From Polaromonas sp. (GTDB lineage Bacteria > Pseudomonadota > Gammaproteobacteria > Burkholderiales > Burkholderiaceae_C): a stretch of 64,000 nucleotides of DNA. The position numbers and the translations under genes are program-made. Below, one piece after another: positions 11,727 through 23,524 of the stretch (position 1 is its first letter; every line of letters begins with the position of its first letter). The notes below the pieces were generated by a model, which was not told where the DNA came from, ran no database searches, and saw only the letters and a program-made list of their open reading frames with translations. The stretch is taken from NCBI GenBank assembly GCA_046154065.1, contig JBJXEI010000125.1, forward strand, positions 43,285-107,284. The letters are read 5' to 3'.

Positions 11727-12940
11727 ACGACCTGTCCCAGTTTGAAAATAGGCAAGTACATGGACACCACAATTCCGCCAATCAAGGTGCCCAAAAATAC
11801 GATGATGATCGGCTCCATCAAGCTTGACAGACCGGCGACCATTTCATCGACCTCTGCCTCGTAGAAGTCGGCGGCCTTGCCCAGCATGTGATCAACCGAG
11901 CCGGACTCCTCACCAATGGCACACATCTGCAGCACCATAGAGGGAAAAAGGTTGGCATTGCCCATGGCGGCCGTCAAGCTGGTGCCTGCCGAAACCTCCT
12001 GCTGGATTTTTTCGGTGGCATCGGCGTACAACGAATTGCCGGCCGCACCACCAACGGAGTCAAGGGCCTCTACAAGAGGAACACCCGCCGCAAACATCGT
12101 GGAAAGGGTTCGTGTCCAACGGGCGATGCATGATTTTTCGATCAAAACGCCAAAAACTGGAACCTTCAGCAGCACACGGTCCATGACGCGCTGTATCTTC
12201 TCGTTTCTTTTCCAAGCTTGCAGGAAAAAATAAATACCGCCGCCTACCCCCCCAAAAATGAGCCACCAATAAGCAACAAAAAATTCGCTGATCGCCATCA
12301 CAAACAGCGTGGGAGCCGGTAAGTCAGCCCCAAACGATGAGAACACCTGCTTGAATGCGGGGATCACAAAAATCATGATCACGGCGACCACCACAAAGGC
12401 CACCACCACCACAGAAATCGGGTACATCAAGGCAGACTTGATCTTGGATTTGATCGCCTCTGTTTTTTCCATGTAGACCGCCAGGCGATCCAGCAAGGCC
12501 TCCAAAATACCGGCGGCCTCACCGGCTTCCACCAAATTGCAATAAAGCGCATTGAAGTACAAAGGATATTTGCGGAATGCTGCGCTGAGAGATGTTCCCG
12601 TTTCCACGTCCGTGCGAACGTCGTTGAGCAACTTGGTCACGCTGGCATTCGGGTTACCGCGACCCACAATGTCAAAGGACTGCAGCAAGGGCACGCCCGC
12701 CTTCATCATGGTGGCCAGCTGACGGGTGAAGATCGCGATGTCTTTGGGCTTGATGGACTTACCCGAACGCATGGTGCGTTTCTTGATTTTGGTAGCCAGG
12801 ACCCCCTGGCGCCGCAAGGCTGCCTTGACCTGGTTCTCACCTGCTGCACGCGTCTCGCCTCGGATCTGTTTGCCGCCCCTGTCCTTGCCTTCCCACTCGA
12901 AAACAAATTCCTTGACGCCTTTGGGTGCTGCAGTTGCCAT
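11723..12940 (-). CDS. pilC: Type IV pilus platform protein
   Basis: FTRQLATMMKAGVPL, GEESG, LMEPIII; T2SSF family. Confidence 0.95.
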   Translation of the reverse strand: MATAAPKGVKEFVFEWEGKDRGGKQIRGETRAAGENQVKAALRRQGVLATKIKKRTMRSGKSIKPKDIAIFTRQLATMMKAGVPLLQSFDIVGRGNPNASVTKLLNDVRTDVETGTSLSAAFRKYPLYFNALYCNLVEAGEAAGILEALLDRLAVYMEKTEAIKSKIKSALMYPISVVVVAFVVVAVIMIFVIPAFKQVFSSFGADLPAPTLFVMAISEFFVAYWWLIFGGVGGGIYFFLQAWKRNEKIQRVMDRVLLKVPVFGVLIEKSCIARWTRTLSTMFAAGVPLVEALDSVGGAAGNSLYADATEKIQQEVSAGTSLTAAMGNANLFPSMVLQMCAIGEESGSVDHMLGKAADFYEAEVDEMVAGLSSLMEPIIIVFLGTLIGGIVVSMYLPIFKLGQVV

Positions 12941-13023
12941 AGTGCTTCTCGTTTTATGCGCGGCGCAAGTGCCGTGTCGTCAATTTCACCAAACACCCGC
13001 CCACCGACCCACCAGGGTTCAAA

Positions 13024-14760
13024 TCAGACATTGGTGCAACCCAAAACTTCTTCCAATGAAGTCATTCCCAGCTTGACCTTGTACAACCCAGACTGCCGCA
13101 GGCTTCGTACGCCCTCCAATTCGGCCTGGGCGGCAATTTCCGGCGCATTGCCATCCCGCAGAACAATGCGCTGAATTTCATCCGACATGGGCATCACCTG
13201 ATAGATACCCACCCGGCCCTTGTAGCCGTTGGTGCACATGGAGCAGCCAACGGGTCGATAAGGAGTCCAAGAACCATCGACTTCGTCCTCCTTGAACCCC
13301 GCCTGCAGCAATGTCTCACGGGGAATATCGGCGGGAGCTTTGCAATTAGGACACAGACGACGGGCCAAGCGTTGGGCCGTGATCAGAATCACACTGGAGG
13401 CGATATTGAAAGGCGCGATCCCCATGTTGCGCATCCGAGTCAACGTGGTTGGCGCGTCGTTGGTGTGCAGAGTGGACATCACCATGTGGCCAGTCTGCGC
13501 GGCTTTGATAGCAATGTCGGCCGTCTCCAGATCACGGATTTCACCGACCATGATGATGTCAGGATCCTGGCGCAAAAATGCCTTGAGCGCGACAGTAAAC
13601 GTCATGCCGGCACGTTCGTTCATGCTGACCTGGTTCACGCCGGGCAAGGTGATCTCGGCCGGATCCTCGGCGGTGGCGATGTTGACGCCAGGCGTATTGA
13701 GAATGTTCAGACAGGTGTACAGCGACACCGTCTTGCCAGAACCAGTGGGTCCGGTCACCAACACCATTCCGTATGGCCGTGCAATCGCTTCCAACAAACG
13801 CGCCTTTTCTTCAGGCTCGTAACCCAGCGCATCAATGCCCAGCTTAGCGCTGCTCGGATCCAGAATCCGAATCACGATCTTTTCGCCATACATGGTCGGC
13901 AAAGTGCTGACACGAAAGTCGATGACGCGGTCCGGTCCGATTTTCAGCTTCATCTTGCCGTCTTGCGGTACGCGCTTCTCGGAGATATCCAACTTCGAGA
14001 TTACCTTGATGCGCGCGGCCAATTTTTCCTTGATCGACACCGGAGGGGACGCAATTTCCCTCAACTCGCCATCGACCCTGAAGCGCACCCTGTAAGTATG
14101 CTCAAAGGGCTCAAAGTGCAGATCAGAGGCTCGCATGCTGAACGCGTCGAGCAGCATCTTCTGCAAAAATTTGACCACTGGCGCATCGTCAATTTCCGAC
14201 ACACCCGAATCGACGTCCTCAACCACACTTGCCGCATTGCTGGATTCGTCAAACTCGAAATCAGAGCCGATGATATTTTCCATCGCCTCCGCAGCCGTTG
14301 CGGTTGATGCATCAACCAGCTTGGACAGCTTGTCATACTCGGCGATGACCCAATCCACCCCCATTTGGGTAGAAAACGTGATTTTCTCTGCAGCCTCCTG
14401 GTCTGACGGATCTGCCGTGGCGACGATCAACCGGTTGCTCCGTTTGCTGAGCACAACGATACGGTAGGTTTGGCAAATTTTGAGGTCCAGCAGTCCCTTG
14501 GGCAAGCGCTGAACGTCAATAGCTTCCAAGTCGAGCAACGGCGCGGCGAATGCAACCGACATCGTGTGCGCAAGGTCGGATGCGGACACCGCACCAGACC
14601 CAGTCAACTCGGCAATAAAACTGGTTCGTCCGGTTTGAGCCTTCCGAAAGATGTCCTCTGCAGATTTTTGAGCCAGCTTTCCGGCCAATACCAAAGCCCG
14701 GCCCAACCCAGGCAACGCCAAAGGTGCTTTTTCTTTAATTGCAGTTTCAGCAGCAGCCAT
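13024..14760 (-). CDS. pilB: Type IV-A pilus assembly ATPase
   Basis: GPTGSGKT, LRQDPDIIMVGEIRD, STLHTND, Cys4 motif. Confidence 0.96.
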   Translation of the reverse strand: MAAAETAIKEKAPLALPGLGRALVLAGKLAQKSAEDIFRKAQTGRTSFIAELTGSGAVSASDLAHTMSVAFAAPLLDLEAIDVQRLPKGLLDLKICQTYRIVVLSKRSNRLIVATADPSDQEAAEKITFSTQMGVDWVIAEYDKLSKLVDASTATAAEAMENIIGSDFEFDESSNAASVVEDVDSGVSEIDDAPVVKFLQKMLLDAFSMRASDLHFEPFEHTYRVRFRVDGELREIASPPVSIKEKLAARIKVISKLDISEKRVPQDGKMKLKIGPDRVIDFRVSTLPTMYGEKIVIRILDPSSAKLGIDALGYEPEEKARLLEAIARPYGMVLVTGPTGSGKTVSLYTCLNILNTPGVNIATAEDPAEITLPGVNQVSMNERAGMTFTVALKAFLRQDPDIIMVGEIRDLETADIAIKAAQTGHMVMSTLHTNDAPTTLTRMRNMGIAPFNIASSVILITAQRLARRLCPNCKAPADIPRETLLQAGFKEDEVDGSWTPYRPVGCSMCTNGYKGRVGIYQVMPMSDEIQRIVLRDGNAPEIAAQAELEGVRSLRQSGLYKVKLGMTSLEEVLGCTNV

Positions 14761-14894
14761 AGGTATGGGGTCAACTCAAATCTTGATCATCGTTGATCAG
14801 GCCAACGATGTAAATTCAAACACGTATCCCACAGCTCGATTTAATGCAATGCTCACATAGTTGTGAAAAGTTGCACAATTCATGAGCACTGCCA

Positions 14895-15878
14895 TCAAGC
14901 ACGCCGCATCAGCAGTTCGGACGCCAAGCCCTCAAGCGCCAGGCGATATGGATTTAGAGGTAAGCCGGACAAGGCGTCAAGTGCGCGCCCGGCCTCACTG
15001 GCTGCTACATCGCGCGTTGCCATCAGAGCACCCGTGCGATGGACAACCGCAATGATCTGTGTCATGTCCGATGTATTGCCCGACTCGATAGCATGCCTGA
15101 TCAGTGCATTTTCGATGGCAGAGGCGCGCTGCATCGCGATGATGAGTGGGAGTGTCGCTTTGCCTTCACGCAGGTCATCACCCAGATTTTTGCCCATCTC
15201 CTGCACGTCACCATCGTAGTCCAACACGTCGTCGATCACCTGAAAAGCGGTTCCTAACGCCTGTCCGAAAACAGCGCAGCACTGTTCGATTTCATCAGAT
15301 GAGACTGCCAGTAGCGCCGCAATTCGGGCACTGGCTTCAAAAAGCTTGGCCGTTTTGGAGCGTATGACCCTGAGATATCCACTTTCAGACAGCGAGGCGT
15401 CGTGCATATTCATCAACTGAAGCACTTCACCTTCAGCGATCACATTCGTTGCCTCTGCCAAAGTCTGCATGATGCGCATGTCACCCGCTTCCACCATCAT
15501 CTGGAACGCACGGGAGTACAGAAAATCACCAACAAGAACGCTTGCCGGATTGCCGAACGCCTCGTTAGCCGTGGCTCGCCCTCGGCGCAAGGTGGACTCA
15601 TCCACTACATCATCATGAAGCAAGGTGGCTGTGTGGATGAACTCAACCACTGCCGCCAGATTGTGCCGCTGACTCCCGTTGAAACCCAATGCACCGCACA
15701 TCAGGAGGAGCAACGCCGGACGCAAGCGTTTACCGCCTGCGGCCACGATGTACCGTGACACCTCCCCTACTAACGCCACATCAGAAGCAAGACGTCGGTC
15801 GATGATGGCGTCCATGGCCTTCATGTCTTCGTCAATCAGGGCTAGCGCAGCAGCAGTACTGGAAAAATTTGCAGACAA
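14895..15878 (-). CDS. ispB: Octaprenyl diphosphate synthase (start uncertain)
   Basis: GGKRLRP, LLHDDVVD and FQVIDD motifs; divergent from rplU. Confidence 0.92.
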   Translation of the reverse strand: MSANFSSTAAALALIDEDMKAMDAIIDRRLASDVALVGEVSRYIVAAGGKRLRPALLLLMCGALGFNGSQRHNLAAVVEFIHTATLLHDDVVDESTLRRGRATANEAFGNPASVLVGDFLYSRAFQMMVEAGDMRIMQTLAEATNVIAEGEVLQLMNMHDASLSESGYLRVIRSKTAKLFEASARIAALLAVSSDEIEQCCAVFGQALGTAFQVIDDVLDYDGDVQEMGKNLGDDLREGKATLPLIIAMQRASAIENALIRHAIESGNTSDMTQIIAVVHRTGALMATRDVAASEAGRALDALSGLPLNPYRLALEGLASELLMRRA

Positions 15879-16056
15879 AAACGGTCCATCCGGTAAAAGT
15901 TTTCTGATTATAGAAAGCATCAAGACACACCCAATGCGACTTCCATACACGGCAGGCGACACAGAGAACGCGCTGTATTGACGACGGCAGAAGAGCATGC
16001 TACACTCGCTGGCTCTGTGGAAATACGTCTGCAGAACTCATTTCACGAGGTCATAC

Positions 16057-16368
16057 ATGTACGCGGTCATAAAAACCGGTGGCAAACAATACAAAGTTTC
16101 CGCTGGAGAAAAAATTAAAGTAGAACAGATTGCTGCGGACGTAGGCCAAGAGATTGTTATCGATCAAGTGTTGGCTGTCGGCGAAGGCAGCACAATGAAG
16201 GTTGGTACTCCCTTGGTACTAGGTGCAACAGTCACGGTGACAGTGGTGTCCCACGGTCGGCACGACAAAGTGCGCATTTTCAAAATGCGTCGTCGTAAGC
16301 ACTACCAAAAGCGCCAAGGCCATCGCCAGAACTTCACTGAATTGCAAATCGGCGTCATTGCTGGTTAA
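16057..16368 (+). CDS. rplU: 50S ribosomal protein L21
   Basis: [14 protein letters not shown]...GHRQ. Confidence 0.98.
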   Translation: MYAVIKTGGKQYKVSAGEKIKVEQIAADVGQEIVIDQVLAVGEGSTMKVGTPLVLGATVTVTVVSHGRHDKVRIFKMRRRKHYQKRQGHRQNFTELQIGVIAG

Positions 16369-16409
16369 TCGCAATCAGTAGCATCAGGACTTTTCAGGGA
16401 TATTGAAAA

Positions 16410-16667
16410 ATGGCACAGAAAAAAGGCGGCGGCTCTACGCGAAATGGGCGTGATTCACAGCCCAAAATGCTCGGCGTCAAGAAATTTGGCGGCGAAGTCA
16501 TCAATGCTGGCAGCATCATTGTTCGCCAGCGCGGTACCAAGTTCCACCCCGGTGTGAATGTCGGTATCGGCAAAGACCATACACTCTTCGCCTTGGCGGA
16601 CGGCAAAGTGTCATTCTGCTTCCGCGGTGCCATGAACAAGCACACCGTGAACGTGACACCTGCGTAA
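16410..16667 (+). CDS. rpmA: 50S ribosomal protein L27
   Basis: [16 protein letters not shown]...QRGT. Confidence 0.98.
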   Translation: MAQKKGGGSTRNGRDSQPKMLGVKKFGGEVINAGSIIVRQRGTKFHPGVNVGIGKDHTLFALADGKVSFCFRGAMNKHTVNVTPA

Positions 16668-16689
16668 TACAGCCACATCGATGGCGTCG

Positions 16690-16717
16690 AAGCCCCGATC
16701 AGTCGGGGCTTTTTTGT
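16690..16717 (+). terminator. Rho-independent terminator after rpmA
   Basis: AAGCCCCGA-tcag-TCGGGGCTT followed by a T-run. Confidence 0.85.
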
Positions 16718-16802
16718 TTGTAGACTTGTTATTTAGCGTTGCGAACCCTGTTCGCGAACATTGTTGCCCTCGGTGGTTCTTCCACCTGTTTTTGAGCCCA
16801 TC

Positions 16803-17888
16803 ATGAAATTCGTCGACGAAGCCTTTATTGACATTGCCGCGGGCGATGGCGGGAGTGGTTGCGTTTCCTTCAGCCACGAAAAATACAAAGAATTTGGTGG
16901 GCCCAATGGGGGGGATGGCGGACGCGGTGGCCACGTGTACGCTGTGGCCGATATCAACCTAAATACACTGGTCGATTTTCGTTTTTCCCGGCGGCATGAT
17001 GCAAAAAATGGCGGCCATGGCATGGGTTCGGACATGTTTGGCGCCAAAGGGGATGATGTCGTTCTGAAAATGCCGGTGGGCACCATCCTCACAGACGCCG
17101 AAACAGGCGATGTGTTGTTTGAGTTGTTGGTGCCAGGCGAAGAGATTCTGATCGCCAAAGGGGGCGACGGTGGCTTTGGCAACCTACGCTTCAAAAGCTC
17201 CACCAACCGAGCCCCCAGAAGCAAGACGCCCGGCTGGCCGGGTGAGCGCAAAAGCCTGAAGCTCGAGCTGAAAGTGCTGGCTGATGTCGGGCTGCTGGGC
17301 ATGCCCAATGCGGGCAAATCCACCTTTATTTCAGCAGTGTCCAACGCACGCCCCCGCATTGCCGATTACCCATTCACCACACTGCACCCTAACCTGGGTG
17401 TGGTGCGCGTCGGCCCCGAGCAAAGTTTTGTCGTCGCCGACTTGCCGGGGCTGATAGAGGGAGCCTCGGAAGGCGCTGGTCTGGGCCACCTCTTTCTGCG
17501 CCACTTGCAGCGCACCCGGCTGCTGCTGCACATTGTGGATTTGGCGCCGTTTGATGAAGCAATCGACCCGGTCGCGCAGGCCAAAGCTATTGTGGGTGAA
17601 CTGAAGAAATACGATGAGGCGCTGTATAAGAAACCGCGCTGGCTGGTGTTGAACAAACTGGATATGGTCGACAACGACCAGCGCGCAGCCATCGTGAAGG
17701 ACTTTGTGAAACGCTTCAAGTTCAAGGGTCCGGTGTTCGAGATATCGGCGTTGACCCGTGAAGGCTGCGAACACCTGATCAAGACGATCTACAAGCACGT
17801 CAAGGAAGTCCAGAAAAGCGAACAGCCCGTCGAAGAAATTGACCCACGATTTGTGGTTCTGCCGCCAGAGCCTTCTGCAAACACCTGA
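16803..17888 (+). CDS. obgE: GTPase Obg/CgtA
   Basis: MKFVDEA, Gly-rich Obg fold, [16 protein letters not shown]. Confidence 0.97.
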   Translation: MKFVDEAFIDIAAGDGGSGCVSFSHEKYKEFGGPNGGDGGRGGHVYAVADINLNTLVDFRFSRRHDAKNGGHGMGSDMFGAKGDDVVLKMPVGTILTDAETGDVLFELLVPGEEILIAKGGDGGFGNLRFKSSTNRAPRSKTPGWPGERKSLKLELKVLADVGLLGMPNAGKSTFISAVSNARPRIADYPFTTLHPNLGVVRVGPEQSFVVADLPGLIEGASEGAGLGHLFLRHLQRTRLLLHIVDLAPFDEAIDPVAQAKAIVGELKKYDEALYKKPRWLVLNKLDMVDNDQRAAIVKDFVKRFKFKGPVFEISALTREGCEHLIKTIYKHVKEVQKSEQPVEEIDPRFVVLPPEPSANT

Positions 17889-17910
17889 TAACTGCATCAA
17901 CGCATCAAAC

Positions 17911-17978
17911 AGAATGCTATTAAATAAATAGCATTCTGGGCAATGAAAACCTTGGCTACAGCCTGAATTTATTCAATT
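17911..17978 (+). repeat. AT-hairpin dispersed repeat, copy C
   Basis: Perfect stem AGAATGCTATT-aaata-AATAGCATTCT followed by gggcaatgaaaaccttggctacagcctgaattt. Confidence 0.75.
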
Positions 17979-17986
17979 TTTTAACT

Positions 17987-19123
17987 ATGCACGATCCAAA
18001 AGCCGCTTCCGTGCTGAAAAATGCCCGGCGTATCGTTGTGAAGGTAGGCTCCAGCCTGGTCACCGATGAAGGCAGGGGGTTGGACGCCAACGCTATTGGC
18101 GACTGGTGTGAGCAGCTGGCAGTGTTGGTTCGTGAAGGACGAGAAGTCATCATGGTCAGCAGCGGCGCCATTGCGGAAGGCATGAAACGGTTGAACTGGA
18201 CGGTTCGACCCAAAGCCATTCACGAGCTTCAGGCGGCGGCGGCGGTGGGGCAAATGGGCCTGGTGCAGGTGTATGAAACCAAGTTGCGCGAAAACGGCAT
18301 TGGCAGCGCTCAGGTGCTGCTAACGCATGCCGATCTGGCTGACCGTGAACGCTACCTGAATGCCCGATCCACGCTGCTGATGTTGCTGCAGTTGGGTGTG
18401 GTGCCGGTCATCAATGAAAATGACACGGTGGTCAATGACGAGATCAAGTTCGGCGACAACGATACCTTGGGCGCCTTGGTCGCCAATCTGGTCGACGCCG
18501 ACGCGCTCATCATCCTGACAGACCAACGCGGCCTGTACACCGCCGATCCACGCACCAATCCGTCTGCGGAATTTGTGCATGTTGCTGTGGCGGGTGACAC
18601 GGCACTTGAAGCCATGGCGGGTGGCGCTGGCTCCAGTATCGGCAAAGGCGGCATGATCACCAAGATCCTGGCCGCCAAACGCGCCGCGGGGTCAGGCGCC
18701 TCCACTGTGATCGCCTGGGGCCGGCAACCCAAGGTGCTGATCAACTTGGTCAACGGTGAGGCCACAGGTACGCTGCTGATTGCCCAGACGGCTAAAAATC
18801 AGGCCCGAAAACAATGGATGGCTGACCATTTGCAACTCCGTGGCTCTGTTCAGGTAGACGCCGGGGCCGCACTGAAGGTCAGCGGGGAAGGTAAAAGTCT
18901 TCTGCCCATCGGCATGACAGCCGTACAGGGTGACTTTTCCCGCGGTGACGTGATCGCCATCAAAGGGGACAACGGTCAGGAAATTGCCCGTGGCTTGTCC
19001 AACTATTCCAGCGCCGAAGCCCGCCTCATTTGCCGCAGATCATCTGCCGAATTCGAGCGTCTGCTTGGCTACACCGGTGAGCCCGAGATGGTCCACAGAA
19101 CCAACCTAGTGCTCAGTCGTTAG
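17987..19123 (+). CDS. proB: Glutamate 5-kinase
   Basis: [27 protein letters not shown]; C-terminal PUA domain. Confidence 0.97.
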   Translation: MHDPKAASVLKNARRIVVKVGSSLVTDEGRGLDANAIGDWCEQLAVLVREGREVIMVSSGAIAEGMKRLNWTVRPKAIHELQAAAAVGQMGLVQVYETKLRENGIGSAQVLLTHADLADRERYLNARSTLLMLLQLGVVPVINENDTVVNDEIKFGDNDTLGALVANLVDADALIILTDQRGLYTADPRTNPSAEFVHVAVAGDTALEAMAGGAGSSIGKGGMITKILAAKRAAGSGASTVIAWGRQPKVLINLVNGEATGTLLIAQTAKNQARKQWMADHLQLRGSVQVDAGAALKVSGEGKSLLPIGMTAVQGDFSRGDVIAIKGDNGQEIARGLSNYSSAEARLICRRSSAEFERLLGYTGEPEMVHRTNLVLSR

Positions 19124-19133
19124 TTCGTCATCT

Positions 19134-19694
19134 TTAGTTGTTGGGACCGTAGTTCACGGTTTTCATGCGGCTGATCATGCTAGCGACCGATGAGGGTGGT
19201 GAGCCATTCTCACAGCCACCGGCGCGCGCAAGTCGAAGCGGATGCCGTGACGGCATGTTGCCAAACATGGACTTCCATTGCGGCTCAGTCACCAGCGACC
19301 ACTTGCCGTCAGACGAGTACCGCGCGTAAGTCTTGTACTCGCCAGTGGCACAACGCAGCGCCTCGTACAACACATTCCTGGCGCCACTTTTACTTTCTGC
19401 GACCACCACGTAGCGCACCAAACCATCGCGGGGCGAAATGCGGATGGTTGACGGGTCTACGCCGTAAGCCAGAGAAGAGTTGATGGACACATCAAACATC
19501 ACCAGCTTACCCGGGTCAAAAGCTGGCGGTGGTGGCGCTTCGGTTTCAACCCACTCCGGGTCGTCCACGTTGCTGGTAAAACCGCCGGGCTCGCCGCCTG
19601 CGGCCAATGCGCCCAGTGACAACGTCAAGAGACACGGCATCACCAAGCGCGATGCTATCGTCGAAGGCAGGGCCTTGCTGAGCATAAATTTCAT
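19134..19694 (-). CDS. CNP1-like family exported protein
   Basis: DGLVRYVVV...[13 protein letters not shown] pattern; position downstream of rppH. Confidence 0.75.
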   Translation of the reverse strand: MKFMLSKALPSTIASRLVMPCLLTLSLGALAAGGEPGGFTSNVDDPEWVETEAPPPPAFDPGKLVMFDVSINSSLAYGVDPSTIRISPRDGLVRYVVVAESKSGARNVLYEALRCATGEYKTYARYSSDGKWSLVTEPQWKSMFGNMPSRHPLRLARAGGCENGSPPSSVASMISRMKTVNYGPNN

Positions 19695-20398
19695 AAATCA
19701 GGCGCCTTCGGGGGCGCAGTCAAACTGGTTTGGGGATCGGGCTCAAAAGTCCCACCAGGCGGCAACTCGAAACCGGCAGCAAACCGGAAAGCAGCCATAC
19801 CCTGGGAATGAGTCATGGTCATCTGGGCGCCGTCTTCATCAGACCGAAACGGCAAGCCACCCGTTCGGGCATGACGTTGACGTGCATCACCTCGGCCCTC
19901 ATGGCGAGGGTCGGAGCGGCCATCACAGCGCGGAACAAACCGCGACAGCTCGGTGAGTGCCATCTCATACACACCGCGTTTGAATTCAACCACCACGTCC
20001 AGCGGTACCCAGTAGTCATTCCAACGCCAGGCGTCGAACTCAGGGTGGTCGGTGGCGCGCAGGTTCAGGTCCCAGTCATGCCCCACCAGCTGAAGTAGAA
20101 ACCAGATTTGCTTCTGGCCTTTGTAATGTCCGCGCGCGTCGCGCCGGATGAACCGGTCTGGCACCTCATAGCGCAACCAGTCTCGGGTACGGGCCAGCAC
20201 CTGAACGTGCTGAGGGAACAAACCTACTTCCTCATGCAACTCGCGGAACATGGCCTGCTCGGGGTTTTCACCCCGGTCAATGCCGCCCTGCGGGAACTGC
20301 CACGAGTGGGTACGTATGCGTTTGCCCCAAAAAACCTGACTTCTCTGGTTGAGCAAGATGATGCCGACGTTGGGCCGAAAACCGTCCCGGTCAAGCAT
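19691..20398 (-). CDS. rppH: RNA pyrophosphohydrolase
   Basis: [17 protein letters not shown], Nudix box [15 protein letters not shown]. Confidence 0.96.
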   Translation of the reverse strand: MLDRDGFRPNVGIILLNQRSQVFWGKRIRTHSWQFPQGGIDRGENPEQAMFRELHEEVGLFPQHVQVLARTRDWLRYEVPDRFIRRDARGHYKGQKQIWFLLQLVGHDWDLNLRATDHPEFDAWRWNDYWVPLDVVVEFKRGVYEMALTELSRFVPRCDGRSDPRHEGRGDARQRHARTGGLPFRSDEDGAQMTMTHSQGMAAFRFAAGFELPPGGTFEPDPQTSLTAPPKAPDL

Positions 20399-20513
20399 AA
20401 TCGAACCTCAATTTTTTGAACTGAGTCCATTATGCACAGCGCTGAGGCCATATGCCAGTGATGTGACACCCGCTTATGCGACTCCCCCCTCCCCCAACCC
20501 CAACAAAGCGCCC

Positions 20514-22271
20514 ATGAAAGCCTCCCAGTTCTTCATTTCAACCCTCAAGGAAGCACCTGCAGACGCCGAGATCGTCAGCCATCAGCTCATGATGCGTGCC
20601 GGCCTGATTAAGAAACTGGGCGCAGGCATTTACAACTACATGCCCATGGGTCTGCGCGTGATTCGCAAGGTTGAGGCCATCGTGCGCGAGGAAATGAACC
20701 GTGCAGGCGCCATTGAAATGGCCATGCCCGTGATTCAGCCCGCCGAACTCTGGCAAGAAACCGGCCGTTTTGAAAAAATGGGCCCTGAACTGCTGCGCAT
20801 CAAGGACCGCCATGGCCGTGACTTTGTGGTGCAACCCACCAGTGAAGAAGTGGTCACCGACGTGATGCGCCAGGACATCAAAAGTTACAAGCAGCTGCCC
20901 AAAAACCTCTATCAGATCCAGACCAAGTTCCGCGACGAACGCCGCCCCCGCTTTGGCCTGATGCGTGGGCGCGAGTTCATCATGAAGGACGCCTACAGCT
21001 TTGACCGCGACGAAGCCGCCGCCAAAGTCAGCTACCAGAACATGGCCGCCGCCTACCGCCGGATTTTTGACCGCTTTGGCCTGACCTACCGCGCCGTCGC
21101 GGCGGACAGCGGCGCCATTGGCGGTGATTTGAGCGAAGAGTTTCAGGTGATTGCCGCCACCGGAGAAGACGCCATCGTCTACTGCCCTGGCAGCAGTTAC
21201 GCCGCCAACCTTGAAAAAGCCGAGGCACTGGCACCGGCAGCAGGTAACCGCGTGGCCACCCAGGCCCTGACGCAAACGGCCACGCCAGGCAAAAGCACTT
21301 GTGCGGACGTGGCCGAGCTGCTGGCCATCCCGCTGCAGTCCACGGTCAAGTCACTGGTGCTGGCCACCGATGAGACCAACGAAGCCGGTGAGATCGTCAA
21401 ATCACAGGTCTGGCTGCTGCTGCTGCGCGGCGACCACGACATGAACGAAGTCAAGGTCGGCAAGGTGCCCGGGCTGGATGGCAACTTCCGTTTTGCCACG
21501 CTGCCTGAAATTGAGGCGCACTTCGGCTGCACCCCCGGTTACCTCGGCCCCTTGAATCTGCGGCAGCCCGTCAAGCTGGTGGTGGACCGCGAGGTTGCCG
21601 TGCTCAATGACTGGATCTGCGGCGCCAACGTGGCAGGCTTTCACATGACCGGTGTCAACTGGGGCCGTGACCTGCCCGAGCCGGACCTGGTGGCCGACAT
21701 CCGCAATGTGGTAGCCGGAGATGCGTCCCCGGACGGCCAGGGCCTGCTGGCCATCGAGCGTGGCATTGAGGTGGGCCATGTGTTCTACCTCGGCACCAAA
21801 TACAGCCGCGCCATGAATGCGACTTTTCTCGGCGACAACGGCAAACCCCAGTTTCTGGAGATGGGCTGCTACGGCATTGGCATCACGCGCCTGCCGGCGG
21901 CCGCCATTGAACAAAACCACGACGCGCGCGGCATCATCTGGCCGGACGCGATTGCCCCATTCACCGTGGTGCTGTGCCCCATCAGCCCGGACCGCTTCCC
22001 GGACGTCAAGGCCGCAGCCGACACGCTCTACGCCGAGCTGCTGGCCGCCGGGGTCGACGTGATCCTGGACGACCGCAATGAGCGCCCGGGCGCCATGTTT
22101 GCCGACTGGGAACTGATTGGGGTGCCGCACCGCGTCACCATTGGTGATCGGGGCCTGAAAGAAGGCCAGCTGGAATACCAGCACCGCCGTGACGCCGCGT
22201 CCAGCCCGCTGGACGCCGCCAACGCACTGAACCTGCTCAAGGGCAAGCTGGGCCTGCCCGTGGCCGCTTGA
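20514..22271 (+). CDS. proS: Proline--tRNA ligase
   Basis: [33 protein letters not shown]; editing insertion domain. Confidence 0.97.
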   Translation: MKASQFFISTLKEAPADAEIVSHQLMMRAGLIKKLGAGIYNYMPMGLRVIRKVEAIVREEMNRAGAIEMAMPVIQPAELWQETGRFEKMGPELLRIKDRHGRDFVVQPTSEEVVTDVMRQDIKSYKQLPKNLYQIQTKFRDERRPRFGLMRGREFIMKDAYSFDRDEAAAKVSYQNMAAAYRRIFDRFGLTYRAVAADSGAIGGDLSEEFQVIAATGEDAIVYCPGSSYAANLEKAEALAPAAGNRVATQALTQTATPGKSTCADVAELLAIPLQSTVKSLVLATDETNEAGEIVKSQVWLLLLRGDHDMNEVKVGKVPGLDGNFRFATLPEIEAHFGCTPGYLGPLNLRQPVKLVVDREVAVLNDWICGANVAGFHMTGVNWGRDLPEPDLVADIRNVVAGDASPDGQGLLAIERGIEVGHVFYLGTKYSRAMNATFLGDNGKPQFLEMGCYGIGITRLPAAAIEQNHDARGIIWPDAIAPFTVVLCPISPDRFPDVKAAADTLYAELLAAGVDVILDDRNERPGAMFADWELIGVPHRVTIGDRGLKEGQLEYQHRRDAASSPLDAANALNLLKGKLGLPVAA

Positions 22272-22942
22272 GCGCTGGTGATTCATCTGTGACGTTTGAC
22301 GCAGTGCCAGCGTCCCCAAATGCCATCTCACGGCGAGCCGCGCTGGGGCCTTTGCTGGCCATGCCGGCCTCGCTCCTGTTGCCGCCCAACGCCCATGCGG
22401 GTGGCCAACTAGAAGAGCCGCTGATCGACTCGGTTCGCACAGCGCTGAGCTCGGCCATTGCCAACAAGGCACCGCCCATCCCGGAGTTCAGGGACACGGA
22501 AAGCCGACTGAAATACCTGCGCTGGCTGACCAGCATGAGCCAGCGGTTGATGAAAAAAAAACCCGAGCTGCAGATCCGGCAGGAGTTTTTGCAGGCCGTC
22601 TGGTATGAAAGCAAACGCGCCGGGCTGGACATCACGCTGGTCATGGGCCTGATTCAGGTCGAAAGCAATTTCCGCAAATTTGCCGTCAGCCCGGTGGGCG
22701 CACGCGGCTACATGCAGGTCATGCCCTTCTGGACACGGGTGATTGGCGACGGTGACGCGGGCAAGTTGTTCCACATGCAGACCAATTTGCGGTTTGGTTG
22801 CGTGATCCTGCGCCACTACCTGGACCGCGAAAAAGGCGATGTGTTCATGGGCCTGGGCCGCTACAACGGCTCCCGGGGGCGAGCGCCCTACCCCGATGCC
22901 GTGCTGGGCGCGCGGCGCAACTGGATGATGGAAACAGCTTGA
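22268..22942 (+). CDS. SLT-family lytic transglycosylase (possible Tat signal)
   Basis: [17 protein letters not shown] and RYNG motifs; SRR before a hydrophobic stretch. Confidence 0.88.
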   Translation: MSAGDSSVTFDAVPASPNAISRRAALGPLLAMPASLLLPPNAHAGGQLEEPLIDSVRTALSSAIANKAPPIPEFRDTESRLKYLRWLTSMSQRLMKKKPELQIRQEFLQAVWYESKRAGLDITLVMGLIQVESNFRKFAVSPVGARGYMQVMPFWTRVIGDGDAGKLFHMQTNLRFGCVILRHYLDREKGDVFMGLGRYNGSRGRAPYPDAVLGARRNWMMETA

Positions 22943-22986
22943 AAATTAACATACAGCTTAATTTTTAGGCTGTAACGATCATTTGC

Positions 22987-23050
22987 TGAATAGAAAGTGC
23001 TTCCAGCCTAGGTGCTAACTGCCCGTAACGCTATCATTTAAATAGCGTTA
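22987..23050 (-). repeat. AT-hairpin dispersed repeat, copy D
   Basis: Stem TAACGCTAT...ATAGCGTTA plus second arm; between convergent genes and overlapping the Nudix gene stop. Confidence 0.75.
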
Positions 23051-23503
23051 TGCGGTGTGTGTAGCGCCCACAAATGACTGCTCATCGGCCAACCAGGCCA
23101 GCACCGGCACGGTGCCCGGCAACACGGGCTGCACCGTCACCGGCAGGCCTTGCCAGGCAAACTGCTGACCTTCACGCATTTGCAGCGCTCCAGTCCAGTC
23201 GAACACCTTGCAGAAGTTCAGGCGTACCAGCGCATGCGGGTAGTCGACCAGCTCGACCTGCCAAGGCTGTGGCGTGCCAATCGTGATCCCGAGTTCTTCC
23301 TGCAGTTCCCGCTGCAGGGCCTGTGCGACGGTTTCACCACGCTCCAGTTTGCCGCCAGGGAACTCCCAGTAGCCTTCATAAACCTTGCCGGGCGGGCGGG
23401 AAGTGAGCAGAAATTGGCCATCTGGCTGAATCAGCACCCCGACGGCCACTTCAACGACCTTGCGATCTGCACCGCCCTCGCGGGGGCGGTCACCATCTGC
23501 CAT
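23048..23503 (-). CDS. MutT-like Nudix hydrolase
   Basis: WEFPGGKLE and RELQEELGI Nudix box; secA-argJ neighbourhood. Confidence 0.88.
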   Translation of the reverse strand: MADGDRPREGGADRKVVEVAVGVLIQPDGQFLLTSRPPGKVYEGYWEFPGGKLERGETVAQALQRELQEELGITIGTPQPWQVELVDYPHALVRLNFCKVFDWTGALQMREGQQFAWQGLPVTVQPVLPGTVPVLAWLADEQSFVGATHTA

Positions 23504-23524
23504 CAGCACGGCCCTCACAGCCGG

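Noticed and set aside
14761-14894. Possible tRNA between ispB and pilB
   Set aside because: No cloverleaf, T-loop or CCA pattern; reads as an AT-rich promoter region.
19691-19930. C-terminal extension of RppH
   Set aside because: Low-complexity C-terminal tails are common in betaproteobacterial RppH.
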